This document shows, one piece after another, positions 50,312 to 59,797 of a stretch of DNA of 64,000 nucleotides. Position 1 is the stretch's first letter; the number at the start of each line of letters is the position of its first letter. Below the pieces are notes generated by a model. It was not told the DNA's origin, did not search any database, and saw nothing but the letters and a program-made list of their open reading frames with translations. Position numbers and translations under genes: made by a program. The stretch spans positions 416,001 to 480,000 of the forward strand of contig OZ241362.1 in NCBI GenBank assembly GCA_965200315.1, read 5' to 3'. This stretch comes from Candidatus Latescibacterota bacterium. Its GTDB lineage: Bacteria; Latescibacterota; UBA2968; UBA8231.

Positions 50312-50605
50312 TTAGCATGGGCGAACGGATCGTGTATTTTCTCATAGAAATTACATTGACGCGGTTCAACATGTTGACGACCTTTCTTTGTGTAGAATCG
50401 CTCTTTGACAAGAGAATAGGTTGGCGGTTCCAGCGCCGAATTCGTGCGCTGGGTAAAACCTGTTGCGCGATCAACCGAAAGGGTGTGAACAAGGCTGCAA
50501 GAGCCGGTTCCAAACATCGCAAGGCCGTAACAGCTAGCGGTGCGGTTGTCGCTACTAAAGTCTCGGCTTCGGCGGTATATCGAGCCTGTCGAGATGTCGA
50601 GCAAC

Positions 50606-50697
50606 AAGGCCTGGTGCGGGCCTTCAGGTATCAACGTAGAGGTAGTCGCCTCAAGCGTGGCCTGAGAAGCGGTCGTCTTTAGGCGACGGTAGTTCAC
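50606..50697 (+). mobile_element. IS200/IS605-family right end / TnpB omega-RNA-like remnant with no tnpA or tnpB
   Basis: GCCTTCAGG..AACGTAGAGG..CGTGGCCTGAGAAGC, then a GTCGTC-TTTA-GGCGAC hairpin and terminal GTAGTTCAC. Confidence 0.7.
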
Positions 50698-50770
50698 TGA
50701 CACTATATTGGGCATCGCCTATAGTCCATTGACCCGTTAATAGGCTCTCTTCTCACAACCAGAATAGCAC

Positions 50771-51376
50771 ATGGCCATCGTACCTGTAGTAATCGAACAG
50801 ACCGGCCGCGGCGAGCGCGCCTACGACATTTTCTCTCGCCTCCTCAAGGAGCGGATCATCTTTATCAGCACTCCGATCGACGACCACGAAGCCAACCTCG
50901 TCATCGCCCAGTTGCTCTTCCTCACCTCAGAAGATCCCCAAAAAGACATCTCGCTCTACATCAACAGCCCCGGCGGCAGCCTCACGGCCGGCTTGGCCAT
51001 CTACGACACCATGAAGTACGTTCCCTGCGACGTAGCAACGCTCTGCATCGGTCAAGCGTACAGCATGAGCGCCATTCTTCTCGCCGGTGGAACCAAAGGC
51101 AAGCGCCACGCCCTTGCCCATTCTCGGCTCATGCTGCACCAGCCTTGGGGCGGCGTCCGCGGCCAAGCGGCTGACATCGAAATCCACGCCCGCGAAATCG
51201 TCGAGTGGCGCGACCGGCTCAACCAAATTTTAGTCCAAGATACCGGTCAGCCACTCGAGCGCATCGAGCTAGTCACCGAGCGCGATTACTTTCTGTCGCC
51301 GGCCGAGGCGATCGATTTCGGCCTAATCGACGGGCTGCTAGCGTCCGCAAAAGAGCTAGCAGCCCTCGCTGACTAA
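50771..51376 (+). CDS. clpP: ATP-dependent Clp protease proteolytic subunit
   Basis: [24 protein letters not shown], catalytic S (AYSM), H (MLHQP), D (RDYF). Confidence 0.96.
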   Translation: MAIVPVVIEQTGRGERAYDIFSRLLKERIIFISTPIDDHEANLVIAQLLFLTSEDPQKDISLYINSPGGSLTAGLAIYDTMKYVPCDVATLCIGQAYSMSAILLAGGTKGKRHALAHSRLMLHQPWGGVRGQAADIEIHAREIVEWRDRLNQILVQDTGQPLERIELVTERDYFLSPAEAIDFGLIDGLLASAKELAALAD

Positions 51377-52656
51377 TGCCCCGGCGGAAAGGCAATCACC
51401 TCGTCTAAGCAAGACGCGCCGGCAACGATCACAACCAGCCGATCCAACCCCAAGGCCACGCCACCAGCCGGTGGAATGCCTCGTTCCATAGCCGTGAGAA
51501 ACGCCTCGTCGGCCGGTGCCTGCCCCAGTCGCACACCCCGTGCAAAGCGCTCGCGCTGTTGGGCTGGATCGTTTAACTCGGTATAGCCGTTTGATAGCTC
51601 CACTCCCCCCAAGTACGCCTCCGTCCTCTCGGCTACTGTCGGATTGCCTTCTCTTAGCTTGGCCAATGCGGCTAGCTGCCAAGGATAATCGAAAAGGTGG
51701 ACAGTTCCTAGTTTGGCTAGCTCTGGTTCGACTTTTTCCAGCAGGATCTTGTGGAATAGATCTTCCCAACTATCCCCTCGTCTAGCGCTGTCATAGCCCA
51801 GAGCATGAGCGCGGCGAAAAAGCGACTCCGCGTCTGTACAGGCATCCAAATCAATGTCGGCCCAGCGCGCAAAAGCATCGCGGACGCGGACCCGCTCCCA
51901 CGGCGGCTGCAGGCCGATCGCGCGTCCTGCTCGGACCACGCTCGACCGCCCCAAAACGCTTTTCGCAACATGCGACACCAAATTCTCGACATCGGCCATG
52001 ATTTCTTCGTAACTAGCGTACGCCCGATACCATTCGATTAGGGTAAACTCGGGATTGTGTTGCGGTCCTATCTCCCCGTTGCGGTACGAGCGGCCAATCT
52101 GGTAAATCCGCTCAAAGCCCACCCCTAGCAATCGCTTCATGTATAGCTCGGGAGAGGGGGCCAGATAAAGCTGTTCTTGCGCCTTGTCGCCTTGGTATTC
52201 TGTGGCGAATAACTGGATGTGCTCCTCTTGCGCCGAGGCGCGGGCCAACGTGGGCGTCTCCACCGCGAGAAAGCTTGCATCCTTGAAAAAACCGCGTACA
52301 GCGTCTAACACTGCGGCCCGCACTCGCATGTTCTCCCACAGTCCATTGGCGTGGAATCGCGCCCAATCTCCTTGGTCCCAATCCGCTCGACTAGAAGCTA
52401 ACAAACGAATTTGAGTAACATCTATAACTCCTTCTGCAACAATCCCATATAACTCTACTATATCCCCGGCTTTTATCTCTTCTACCCGCGTCTTCACGCC
52501 GAAATCAATCTCCCCGCTCTCGTCTGCGATTCTCCCCTGCCCTTCGGCGAAGTGGAGGAGCCGCCCCCGCACAGCCACTTCCCCGACTGCGGTCGCCGCG
52601 GTGGCCGCAGGCTGGTGCCGCCACAACACCCGCGCTGGATAATGCCTAGCGTACAT
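51373..52656 (-). CDS. epmA: EF-P lysine aminoacylase EpmA (GenX) with N-terminal extension
   Basis: [52 protein letters not shown]. Confidence 0.8.
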   Translation of the reverse strand: MYARHYPARVLWRHQPAATAATAVGEVAVRGRLLHFAEGQGRIADESGEIDFGVKTRVEEIKAGDIVELYGIVAEGVIDVTQIRLLASSRADWDQGDWARFHANGLWENMRVRAAVLDAVRGFFKDASFLAVETPTLARASAQEEHIQLFATEYQGDKAQEQLYLAPSPELYMKRLLGVGFERIYQIGRSYRNGEIGPQHNPEFTLIEWYRAYASYEEIMADVENLVSHVAKSVLGRSSVVRAGRAIGLQPPWERVRVRDAFARWADIDLDACTDAESLFRRAHALGYDSARRGDSWEDLFHKILLEKVEPELAKLGTVHLFDYPWQLAALAKLREGNPTVAERTEAYLGGVELSNGYTELNDPAQQRERFARGVRLGQAPADEAFLTAMERGIPPAGGVALGLDRLVVIVAGASCLDEVIAFPPGH

Positions 52657-52670
52657 TGCACTTTTCTCAC

Positions 52671-52713
52671 AAAAAACCCTTCTCCTCCAGCGAACGCGCC
52701 AGTAGAGAAGGGA
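52671..52713 (-). terminator. Probable terminator after clpX
   Basis: CCCTTCTCT/AGAGAAGGG stem followed by a T run on the minus strand. Confidence 0.5.
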
Positions 52714-52744
52714 CCTAGTTAAAGCTCAACGCCTAGTTTGAAAA

Positions 52745-53971
52745 TCAAGCTCGCTTCTTGTTGTACACGAAGGTGGGCGGGGCCTTATTTTCGATGAATT
52801 CCTTGGTAATGACGCATTCGGCGATGTCGTTTCGGGCTGGGAGATCGAACATGATTTCAAACATGGCGGTCTCTAAAACCGCCCGCAGACCACGCGCACC
52901 CATTTCCTTTTCTTGGGTTAATTCGACGACCTTGTACAGCGCCTCCTCCTCAAACCGCAGTGCAATGCCGTCCATTTCAAACAGTTTCTGGTACTGTTTG
53001 ACGAGTGCGTTCCGCGGTTTGAGCAGGATGTCCATTAGCGCCTTATCGCTCAGGGGGTGCAAGATACCCACCACTGGCAAGCGGCCAATTAACTCGGGAA
53101 TCAGGCCGTACTGGATCAATTCTTCGGGTTCGACTCGCGCCAACAGATTGGCCCCACTCACTTCCTCGCGGTCGTCGAAGGGGCTGCCAAAGCCCATGGA
53201 CTTGGTCCCGATGCGTTGGCTGATAATTTTATCTAGCCCATCGAAAGCCCCGCCGCAGATAAAGAGAATGTTTTTGGTGTTTATTTGCACCAAAGGCTGT
53301 TCGGGATGCTTGCGCCCTCCCTTCGGCGGCACCCCCGATACGGTTCCCTCTAAGATCTTGAGGAGTTCCTGTTGGACGCCTTCGCCTGAAACGTCGCGGG
53401 TTATGGAGGGATTGCCGGATTTGCGGGCGACTTTGTCCAGCTCGTCGATAAACAAAATCCCGCACTCGGCTTGTTTGACATCGTAATCCGCGGCTTGGAG
53501 GAGCCGCACGAGGATATTTTCCACGTCCTCGCCTACGTACCCGGCCTCGGTGAGGACCGTAGCATCGACGATCGCAAAAGGCACTTGTAATATGCGCGCC
53601 AATGTCTCCGCCAAAAGCGTCTTGCCCACTCCGGTGGGGCCGATGAGCAGAATATTGCTCTTGCTGAGCTGGACATCCGCAGCACCGGAATGCACCCGCT
53701 TGTAGTGGTTGTACACGGCGACCGAAAGCGCCTTTTTAGCGCGTTCTTGGCCGATAATGTGCGCGTCGAGATGGGCCTTGATTTCGGCCGGCTTGGGCAG
53801 GGGACGGCCATTGAGATTAGGCTCGTGCTTGTCGTCCTCTGCCAGCCTCTCATTGCACAAGCCGATGCACTCACTGCATATATACACTGAGGGGCCCTGA
53901 ATGACCTTCTCGACTTGGTCGCCCCCCTTACCGCAGAACGAACAGGCTATATCGGACGTTTTTTTACCCAT
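52745..53971 (-). CDS. clpX: ATP-dependent Clp protease ATP-binding subunit
   Basis: CSFCGK zinc finger, [40 protein letters not shown]. Confidence 0.97.
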   Translation of the reverse strand: MGKKTSDIACSFCGKGGDQVEKVIQGPSVYICSECIGLCNERLAEDDKHEPNLNGRPLPKPAEIKAHLDAHIIGQERAKKALSVAVYNHYKRVHSGAADVQLSKSNILLIGPTGVGKTLLAETLARILQVPFAIVDATVLTEAGYVGEDVENILVRLLQAADYDVKQAECGILFIDELDKVARKSGNPSITRDVSGEGVQQELLKILEGTVSGVPPKGGRKHPEQPLVQINTKNILFICGGAFDGLDKIISQRIGTKSMGFGSPFDDREEVSGANLLARVEPEELIQYGLIPELIGRLPVVGILHPLSDKALMDILLKPRNALVKQYQKLFEMDGIALRFEEEALYKVVELTQEKEMGARGLRAVLETAMFEIMFDLPARNDIAECVITKEFIENKAPPTFVYNKKRA

Positions 53972-53977
53972 CTCCCC

Positions 53978-54601
53978 CTACAGCCTGCCCTCGTCTCCTT
54001 GGGAGTCCGGGACCCTATCTTCGCTCTCAGCGGAATCGCCATCGACGTTTTCGACCGCCTCGATTTCGTCGGGGATCTCTGTCCCCTCAACCGAGGCCGT
54101 CTCCTCTTCGGCTTTGTCTTGGCCAGCCTTCATCACGTTGATGGCTTGGAATCCCTTGGCGGTGCGGGTCACCATGAACTCAACTTCATCATCTTGGGTC
54201 AAACTCCGGTCCCAAGATGAGATATCGCGCCAGTGGACGAAGACATCGACATGGCTGTCTGTCGAGATAAAACCATATCCCTTATCATTGTTAAACCACT
54301 TGACTATGCCACGAGTCCAGGTGTTTTCTGCCAAGGCGCGGCGTTCGTGCGGCGGGGGGCTGCTCTCTGTGCTGCTGGGAAGCGGACGAGATGGCTGTTT
54401 TTTTCCCTCGCTCTCTAGAACGCGGGCGAGCAGGTCTTGCTTGAGCCCTTGACCACCTTCGGCATCTTGGATCATCCATTCGACAGCCGTCATTATACCT
54501 ATGACGTAAGGACTATCGTTGCCATAGAGCTTGCGAGCGTCCCCTATGCGTTGAGCCAATTCGCTCACCGCCGTGCTTTCCAAGTGTATTGAACTACCCA
54601 A
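53978..54601 (-). CDS. Cold-shock-domain protein with N-terminal extension and acidic tail
   Basis: GIVKWFNNDKGYGFI, DVFVH, KGFQAINV. Confidence 0.85.
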   Translation of the reverse strand: MGSSIHLESTAVSELAQRIGDARKLYGNDSPYVIGIMTAVEWMIQDAEGGQGLKQDLLARVLESEGKKQPSRPLPSSTESSPPPHERRALAENTWTRGIVKWFNNDKGYGFISTDSHVDVFVHWRDISSWDRSLTQDDEVEFMVTRTAKGFQAINVMKAGQDKAEEETASVEGTEIPDEIEAVENVDGDSAESEDRVPDSQGDEGRL

Positions 54602-54676
54602 TTAATCTATTCCTCCTACCCTTAAAAGGGCCTTGAGTACCTCGTACCACAGTTCGAGATGTAAGGTGTAGTTAAG

Positions 54677-54710
54677 CAATTGAGATAGGTTTGTCAACCT
54701 ATCTCAATTG
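54677..54710. repeat. Perfect 15-bp inverted repeat with 4-nt loop
   Basis: CAATTGAGATAGGTT-TGTC-AACCTATCTCAATTG. Confidence 0.85.
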
Positions 54711-56081
54711 GTATTGCTTGACCCCTTGGTAGATGGTTTGGCCGCTCACTTTCGCGATGCCTGTGAGTGGCACGGCGATCAGCATCCCGACGATGCCCAT
54801 CAACTGGCTTCCCACCATGACGACAAAAAGGACGACCAACGGGTGCAGCTCGACGCTTTTGGCCACCATCGTAGGTTGAATGAGCACGTTGTCTATCAGT
54901 TGAATAACCAAGAACATGACGATCACTTTGGCCACCATCGCCAAGCCACCGCCGGTAGCCAAGGCCACAATCGAAGAACAGACGATCCCGATCAATGGCC
55001 CGAGAAACGGGATTACGTTGGCCAACCCGGCGAGCATCCCCAAAGGTAGGGCATAATAGACGCCAAGAATGGACAAGCCGCTAATCGCGAGCACCGATAC
55101 GACGAGGACGGCCAAAAGCTGGCCACGAATGTAATTCCCGATCTGCTTATTGGCTTGGTATATCAGGTTTAGGCACAATTCAAAATAGGCGTTGGGAACC
55201 AGTGCCATCAGGCACCGCGTCAAGCGCCGTCCTTCTTTGAGAAAGAAAAAGGCCACAAACGGCACGATCACCACAAAAGTAAGGCCCGAGATCACGCCTT
55301 CAATAAATAGCGTAGTGCCTCCCAACATGGTCCTCATCAGCCGCTCACCATGCTCTCGAATCAACTCGGCGAGGCGGAAATCGCTTCCTAAATAGGGCTG
55401 TAACATAGGCTCAATTTTTGCAGCTCTGGTGCTGGCTTCCGCCAAGATCCTATCGCCGATTTCCACCAAGACGTTGGGGTCGGCCTCGCCGAAGCCAATA
55501 TCGGTACGCGAAAACACAACAGAACCCAACCTACCGGCTTGGCCTCCTGCGGCCACACCGCCATTGCCGTAGACGCTAATGCGCTGACTATGCTCGGCAT
55601 GGCCCTGCGAGTACGCGATCAGGAGCGCGTTTGCAGCCGGTGCTTGGTCCTTGGGCACAAAGCGCAGGAGAACGACCAACTCCTCCGTGGGAGCGATCTC
55701 TAGCGGCCAGCGGTGTTCGTCTCTTAGGACAAACGGCTGATCCCGAGCATCGTCTTCCCAAGCCATCCCGTAGATGATTAGAGGTTTGTCGCCGGTGTTG
55801 GCGATGGTAAAAACCCTATCTACCGTTTCTCCAGTCAGCTTGTCTCCAACCTTGAATGCGCCTAGCCCCAACCCCGCAAAAACGAGCGAAAAGACGAGCA
55901 GAGTACTCCAAGCCCGCCCCAATCCCCTCCTCTCCATCCAATCGATGATTGGGTAGAGGACATAGGCCAAGATAAAAGCCAAAACGAAAGGAGTGAGGAT
56001 GCCGCGAATCTCATATACAAACCATCCGCCGACCGCTACGACCACCAAGGCGAGTACTAATTTAACTTGCCAATTCATCAT
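54699..56081 (-). CDS. AI-2E (UPF0118) family transporter with inserted Ig-like domain
   Basis: PFVLAFILAYVLYP, NYIRGQLL, ANVIPFLGP, QLIDNVLIQP, LHPLVV, GMLIAVP. Confidence 0.88.
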   Translation of the reverse strand: MMNWQVKLVLALVVVAVGGWFVYEIRGILTPFVLAFILAYVLYPIIDWMERRGLGRAWSTLLVFSLVFAGLGLGAFKVGDKLTGETVDRVFTIANTGDKPLIIYGMAWEDDARDQPFVLRDEHRWPLEIAPTEELVVLLRFVPKDQAPAANALLIAYSQGHAEHSQRISVYGNGGVAAGGQAGRLGSVVFSRTDIGFGEADPNVLVEIGDRILAEASTRAAKIEPMLQPYLGSDFRLAELIREHGERLMRTMLGGTTLFIEGVISGLTFVVIVPFVAFFFLKEGRRLTRCLMALVPNAYFELCLNLIYQANKQIGNYIRGQLLAVLVVSVLAISGLSILGVYYALPLGMLAGLANVIPFLGPLIGIVCSSIVALATGGGLAMVAKVIVMFLVIQLIDNVLIQPTMVAKSVELHPLVVLFVVMVGSQLMGIVGMLIAVPLTGIAKVSGQTIYQGVKQYQLR

Positions 56082-56656
56082 TGAATACTGCCTGTGCGCC
56101 GCACACCTTTTAACAGGCGCTCAGAGTCGCGCAACTGCTCCGAGAGTTTCTCTATGACTTCGAGTAGGTCGGTCGAGATGGCTTGCGCCAAGCCTTCGAC
56201 GATCTTCAAGGCAAGCGGGGTATTGCTTTCTATGAGTTCGAGTAAGTCGGGGCGGCAAAAAATGAGGAGACTACAAGGTTGGAGGGCGTAAGCTGAAGCG
56301 GGGCGCGGCGATTCATCTACGAGGGCCTGGGCACCAAAAAAATTCCCCCGGGTTAAGGTGGCTAGCTGCTTCTCAAACCCATCGTCGCCCATCTGTACGA
56401 TCCGTACTTGGCCGGAGGCGACGATGTACATCCCCATCCCGGGATCTCCTTGGTTGATAATCGCCTCGCCAGCGCACCAATCCCGCGGCCCATAGAGCAT
56501 CTCTTCTATCTTGTGCAACTCGCGCCCGCTTAGTTCCTGAAAAATGGGCACTTGCTGCAAGAGCTTGCAGGCGGCGGTTTCTTCCGCCTTGTGGCCGCTC
56601 CTTACGCGCTCTTGCAGACGACGAAGGACATGCCTCCAGAGAGAATCAGACGGCAT
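56078..56656 (-). CDS. Cyclic-nucleotide-binding domain protein
   Basis: IINQGDPGMGMYIVASGQV, FFGAQALVDESPRPASAYA. Confidence 0.82.
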   Translation of the reverse strand: MPSDSLWRHVLRRLQERVRSGHKAEETAACKLLQQVPIFQELSGRELHKIEEMLYGPRDWCAGEAIINQGDPGMGMYIVASGQVRIVQMGDDGFEKQLATLTRGNFFGAQALVDESPRPASAYALQPCSLLIFCRPDLLELIESNTPLALKIVEGLAQAISTDLLEVIEKLSEQLRDSERLLKGVRRTGSIQ

Positions 56657-56710
56657 GCTTAGGACTCCCGCTTAGACAGGTAACGCCCCACGTCCTCTCG
56701 TCCACACAAA

Positions 56711-57037
56711 CTAGACCAAGGCGGCCTCTAGCTTTTCGGTGATTTGCCCTTTGGGGATGGCACCAATGATCTGGTCGGCGACTTTACCCTCCTTGAAAAT
56801 GAGCAAGGTAGGAATGCTACGGATGCCGAATTCGGCCGCTGTTTTCTGGGCCGCGTCGACGTCCAATTTGCCCACTTTGGCCCGGCCTTCGTATTCGCTG
56901 CTCAATTCTTGGACAATCGGTGCGATCATTCGGCACGGCCCGCACCACGTCGCCCAAAAATCCACGAGCACGGGCTGGCTGGCGCTGAGGACTTCGGCAC
57001 TGAAATTGTCATCGGTTAAGACGATAGGTTCGCTCAC
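56711..57037 (-). CDS. trxA: Thioredoxin
   Basis: VDFWATWCGPC, IRSIPTL. Confidence 0.96.
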   Translation of the reverse strand: MSEPIVLTDDNFSAEVLSASQPVLVDFWATWCGPCRMIAPIVQELSSEYEGRAKVGKLDVDAAQKTAAEFGIRSIPTLLIFKEGKVADQIIGAIPKGQITEKLEAALV

Positions 57038-57131
57038 GGTAGATCATCCTTTGCTTGTTAGTTTATACTTTTCAACATGTTATAAACACAACACCTTGTG
57101 TTTCACATTATAGTTGCAGCACTACCCATTG

Positions 57132-58157
57132 TCAAGCTCGGTGCTTCCTGCACAACTTAGTCACCAACAGATCCAAAACCAGATGCTCTTGGCGTCGTCC
57201 CTGCGATTTCAGACGCCAATCGGCTTCTCTCAAGGCACTCAACGCCGCCCACAGCCAAGAGGCAGAACGCCGCTGGGCCTGCTCCAAATACCCGGGCAAA
57301 AAGAACGGTGCAACCCCCAATTCAGCGGCCATTTTGTCGCGTGGTAGCGACTGGTCCATTAGCCCCTTAGCCTTGAGCAAAAGCTGGAAGTGGCGGGTGA
57401 CCATGGCTACGGCGCGAGTTGGCTCTTCTCCTTGGCTGAGAAACTTTTGCATCAGCTTTTGGGCTAGCTTGCCCTGCCCTTTGCCGAGGGCATCGGCGAG
57501 TTCAAACACGCTAGCCCCGCGCGTGATGCCAGCGACTTGTTCGACCGCAGAGGCGGAGATCGGCCGGCCCACCCCGACGAAACTGACCAATTTTTCTATC
57601 TCGCTGACCAGCTCTCTTGGCTTGGCCCCTACGTACTGGCTGAGTAGCTGGACGGCCGCAAGCTCGATCTGCACTTCCTGACGCTTCGCGTACCGCTGTA
57701 TCCACTGCGGTACTTGGTTGTCGTAGGGCGGCCTAAATTCTAGCCCGCGACCTCGTCGCGAAAGTTCGCGAAAGAACTTCCGCCGCATATCGACTTTTTG
57801 GCCCACTACCAAGAGGCGACTGGTCTCCACCGGCGTTGCAAATACGCGCTCCAAGCCGCGACACTGGTCGGTCGTCAGAGCCTCGGCATCGCGCAGCACA
57901 ATTAGCCGACTCTCGGCCATCATGGGATAGGTCTCATAGATCTGAAAAAAATCCAGCACCTCTAGGCGTTCAGCTCTCAGTACGTCGAGATTAAAATCCC
58001 GCGTCTGAGCTGGCACCAAAGCTTCGATCATAGACGCGACCAAAGCTTCGCGTCCGTATTCCTCGTCCCCGTGCAGCAAATAAAAAGGCCGAACATCCCC
58101 CTTGGAGATTTCGGCTAGCAGTGCATCGGGACTTAGCCCTTTGGCTCTCTTAGCCAC
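57132..58157 (-). CDS. holA: DNA polymerase III subunit delta
   Basis: PFYLLHGDEEY, DFNL, PMMAESRLIV, EIEKL, VFELADA; GTG start. Confidence 0.9.
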   Translation of the reverse strand: MAKRAKGLSPDALLAEISKGDVRPFYLLHGDEEYGREALVASMIEALVPAQTRDFNLDVLRAERLEVLDFFQIYETYPMMAESRLIVLRDAEALTTDQCRGLERVFATPVETSRLLVVGQKVDMRRKFFRELSRRGRGLEFRPPYDNQVPQWIQRYAKRQEVQIELAAVQLLSQYVGAKPRELVSEIEKLVSFVGVGRPISASAVEQVAGITRGASVFELADALGKGQGKLAQKLMQKFLSQGEEPTRAVAMVTRHFQLLLKAKGLMDQSLPRDKMAAELGVAPFFLPGYLEQAQRRSASWLWAALSALREADWRLKSQGRRQEHLVLDLLVTKLCRKHRA

Positions 58158-58344
58158 GATCTTTGCGTTCGACCTCTTTTTCGTCCAATATGCTGTATTC
58201 GGCCTCGGCGACTCGGCTCGGATCAATGCTGCTGCGCTTGTTGGATGCGCCGCGGCGAGGACCGCTTCTTAGCTGCCGGTACACGGCATAACACAGCAGC
58301 ACGATGGCCGTCGCCAGCAGCAATTTGAACAACGCGAACATCAT
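58150..58344 (-). CDS. Small single-pass membrane protein
   Basis: N-terminal hydrophobic helix and a VAEAEYSIL tail; stop overlaps the holA start. Confidence 0.55.
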   Translation of the reverse strand: MMFALFKLLLATAIVLLCYAVYRQLRSGPRRGASNKRSSIDPSRVAEAEYSILDEKEVERKDRG

Positions 58345-58383
58345 GGTTTGCTCACCCCTTCCTGCTGCGCGGGCATTGAACAC

Positions 58384-58412
58384 AAAAAGCTCCCCCTGTT
58401 ACCGGGGGAGCT
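58384..58412 (-). terminator. Probable terminator
   Basis: AGCTCCCCC/GGGGGAGCT stem followed by TTTT on the minus strand. Confidence 0.65.
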
Positions 58413-58438
58413 CTAAGCGCAGCGGGCAACGGACTCAG

Positions 58439-58891
58439 CTAGTTTGCGGCTTCCCACTTGAGCGGGAAGGGTTCGGTCTTGCCGGCATCCTCCCAAATTT
58501 TCTTCAAGTTGGCATACACGGTGACAAATTCTTCTTCGACGACCGAAATGCTCTTTTGGGCATTGGGCACAAACGTCGGGAAGTCCGGCTCGACCAGCTT
58601 GCGCATCGCCGCCTTCAAGGCCCGCTTCTTTTTATTGTTCAAGGCTCGGAGATATTTGTCCTCCAGTTCGATTTTCTCCAGTTCGTCGAGCAAGGTCTGC
58701 ATGACCTGATTGACGTCGTGGGCCTGAGAGGTCATGCCCTCGGTCGTTAGGTAGACCTGATAGCGCATTAGCTGTTGGCTATGGTTATTCAAGCCCTGCA
58801 AGGTCTGGATATAAGGGGTCAGTTCGTCTTTTTTGCTCCCACAGGCCAAAAGCCCACTGACGAGCGCGAATAGGATTAAATTTTTACGCAT
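58439..58891 (-). CDS. Hypothetical lipoprotein
   Basis: GGAGGAG Shine-Dalgarno; MRKNLILFALVSGLLAC lipobox. Confidence 0.75.
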   Translation of the reverse strand: MRKNLILFALVSGLLACGSKKDELTPYIQTLQGLNNHSQQLMRYQVYLTTEGMTSQAHDVNQVMQTLLDELEKIELEDKYLRALNNKKKRALKAAMRKLVEPDFPTFVPNAQKSISVVEEEFVTVYANLKKIWEDAGKTEPFPLKWEAAN

Positions 58892-58936
58892 GGTCTCCTC
58901 CATTTCCCAAAGACATTACGCATAATAAGCCCCAAC

Positions 58937-59797
58937 CTAATAATCTGTTGGGTATGCGTCAAATGGATGGCGACGGCGATAGAGCACTGCGTTCAATTCG
59001 CCACCCAACAATAATGAAAAAGCCAGCAAGTACGCGGACAGCAGGAGGATGATGGCCGTCCCGAGTACTCCATAGATGATATTGTAATAGCTAAACCGCT
59101 CGATGTAATCCAAGGCAATGGCAATGACCCCGACCAGCCCAGAAGACATCACACTCCCCGGCAACACGTCCAACCAGCGCAGGCGCACGGCGGGCATGAT
59201 GTAGTAAATACAGGCGGCCGTGGCGACCATGCCGATCACGACCACTGTACGCCTCAACAAGGCCACCAACGGAGAAAAGTGTGAGGAAGTCCAATAGTCC
59301 CGCAGCCAATTCTCGACGTGTTCGCCAAATATGATGAGATTAAAGAAAAAAACGAAAGAAATCCCCAAGACGACGATTACGGCGAGCGAAAGAATGCGCC
59401 GCTTGTAAAAAGACCGATGCTCTTGCACGCCGTAGGCTCGATTAAGCGCCATCATCGTAGTGGACATGCTGGCTGACGCCGGCCAGATGACGCCCAAGAA
59501 CCCGAGGACGAACAAACTTTGCGACGAGAGAAAGTTGATATTGTCTTCGACGGCCTCCAGCAGCGGAAAGGGGATGACAATGCCCAAAATTTCGAGGACT
59601 TGAATAAAATCCCCAGACGATATACCCAAGAAACCCAATAGGGCCGTCAGAAAGAGAATGCCCGGGAAAATGGTAAATATAAAGTCAAAGGCCATGGCCG
59701 GAGCCGCAGTCGTGCAATCGTGGCGGTACGTCGCCACCACGGCATCGCGGCCAACAGCTAGCCAGAAGGCGATTCGGCTTCTAAGCGCGTCTATCAC
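58937..59797 (-). CDS. YihY/virulence factor BrkB family membrane protein
   Basis: APAMAF, ALNRAY, VLPG, YGVLG, LLGGELNA. Confidence 0.85.
   Translation of the reverse strand: MIDALRSRIAFWLAVGRDAVVATYRHDCTTAAPAMAFDFIFTIFPGILFLTALLGFLGISSGDFIQVLEILGIVIPFPLLEAVEDNINFLSSQSLFVLGFLGVIWPASASMSTTMMALNRAYGVQEHRSFYKRRILSLAVIVVLGISFVFFFNLIIFGEHVENWLRDYWTSSHFSPLVALLRRTVVVIGMVATAACIYYIMPAVRLRWLDVLPGSVMSSGLVGVIAIALDYIERFSYYNIIYGVLGTAIILLLSAYLLAFSLLLGGELNAVLYRRRHPFDAYPTDY

Noticed and set aside
50188-50715. 175-aa (-) and 121-aa (+) ORFs between coaE and clpP
   Set aside because: No recognisable motifs; they overlap structured RNA candidates and an IS end, so are likely spurious
50400-50730. Group I intron/IStron (TATAGTCC near 50720)
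   Set aside because: No P, Q or R core elements found, and no interrupted host gene
58915-58942. XerC-arm-like ATTACGCATAA
   Set aside because: No partner arm 6 bp away
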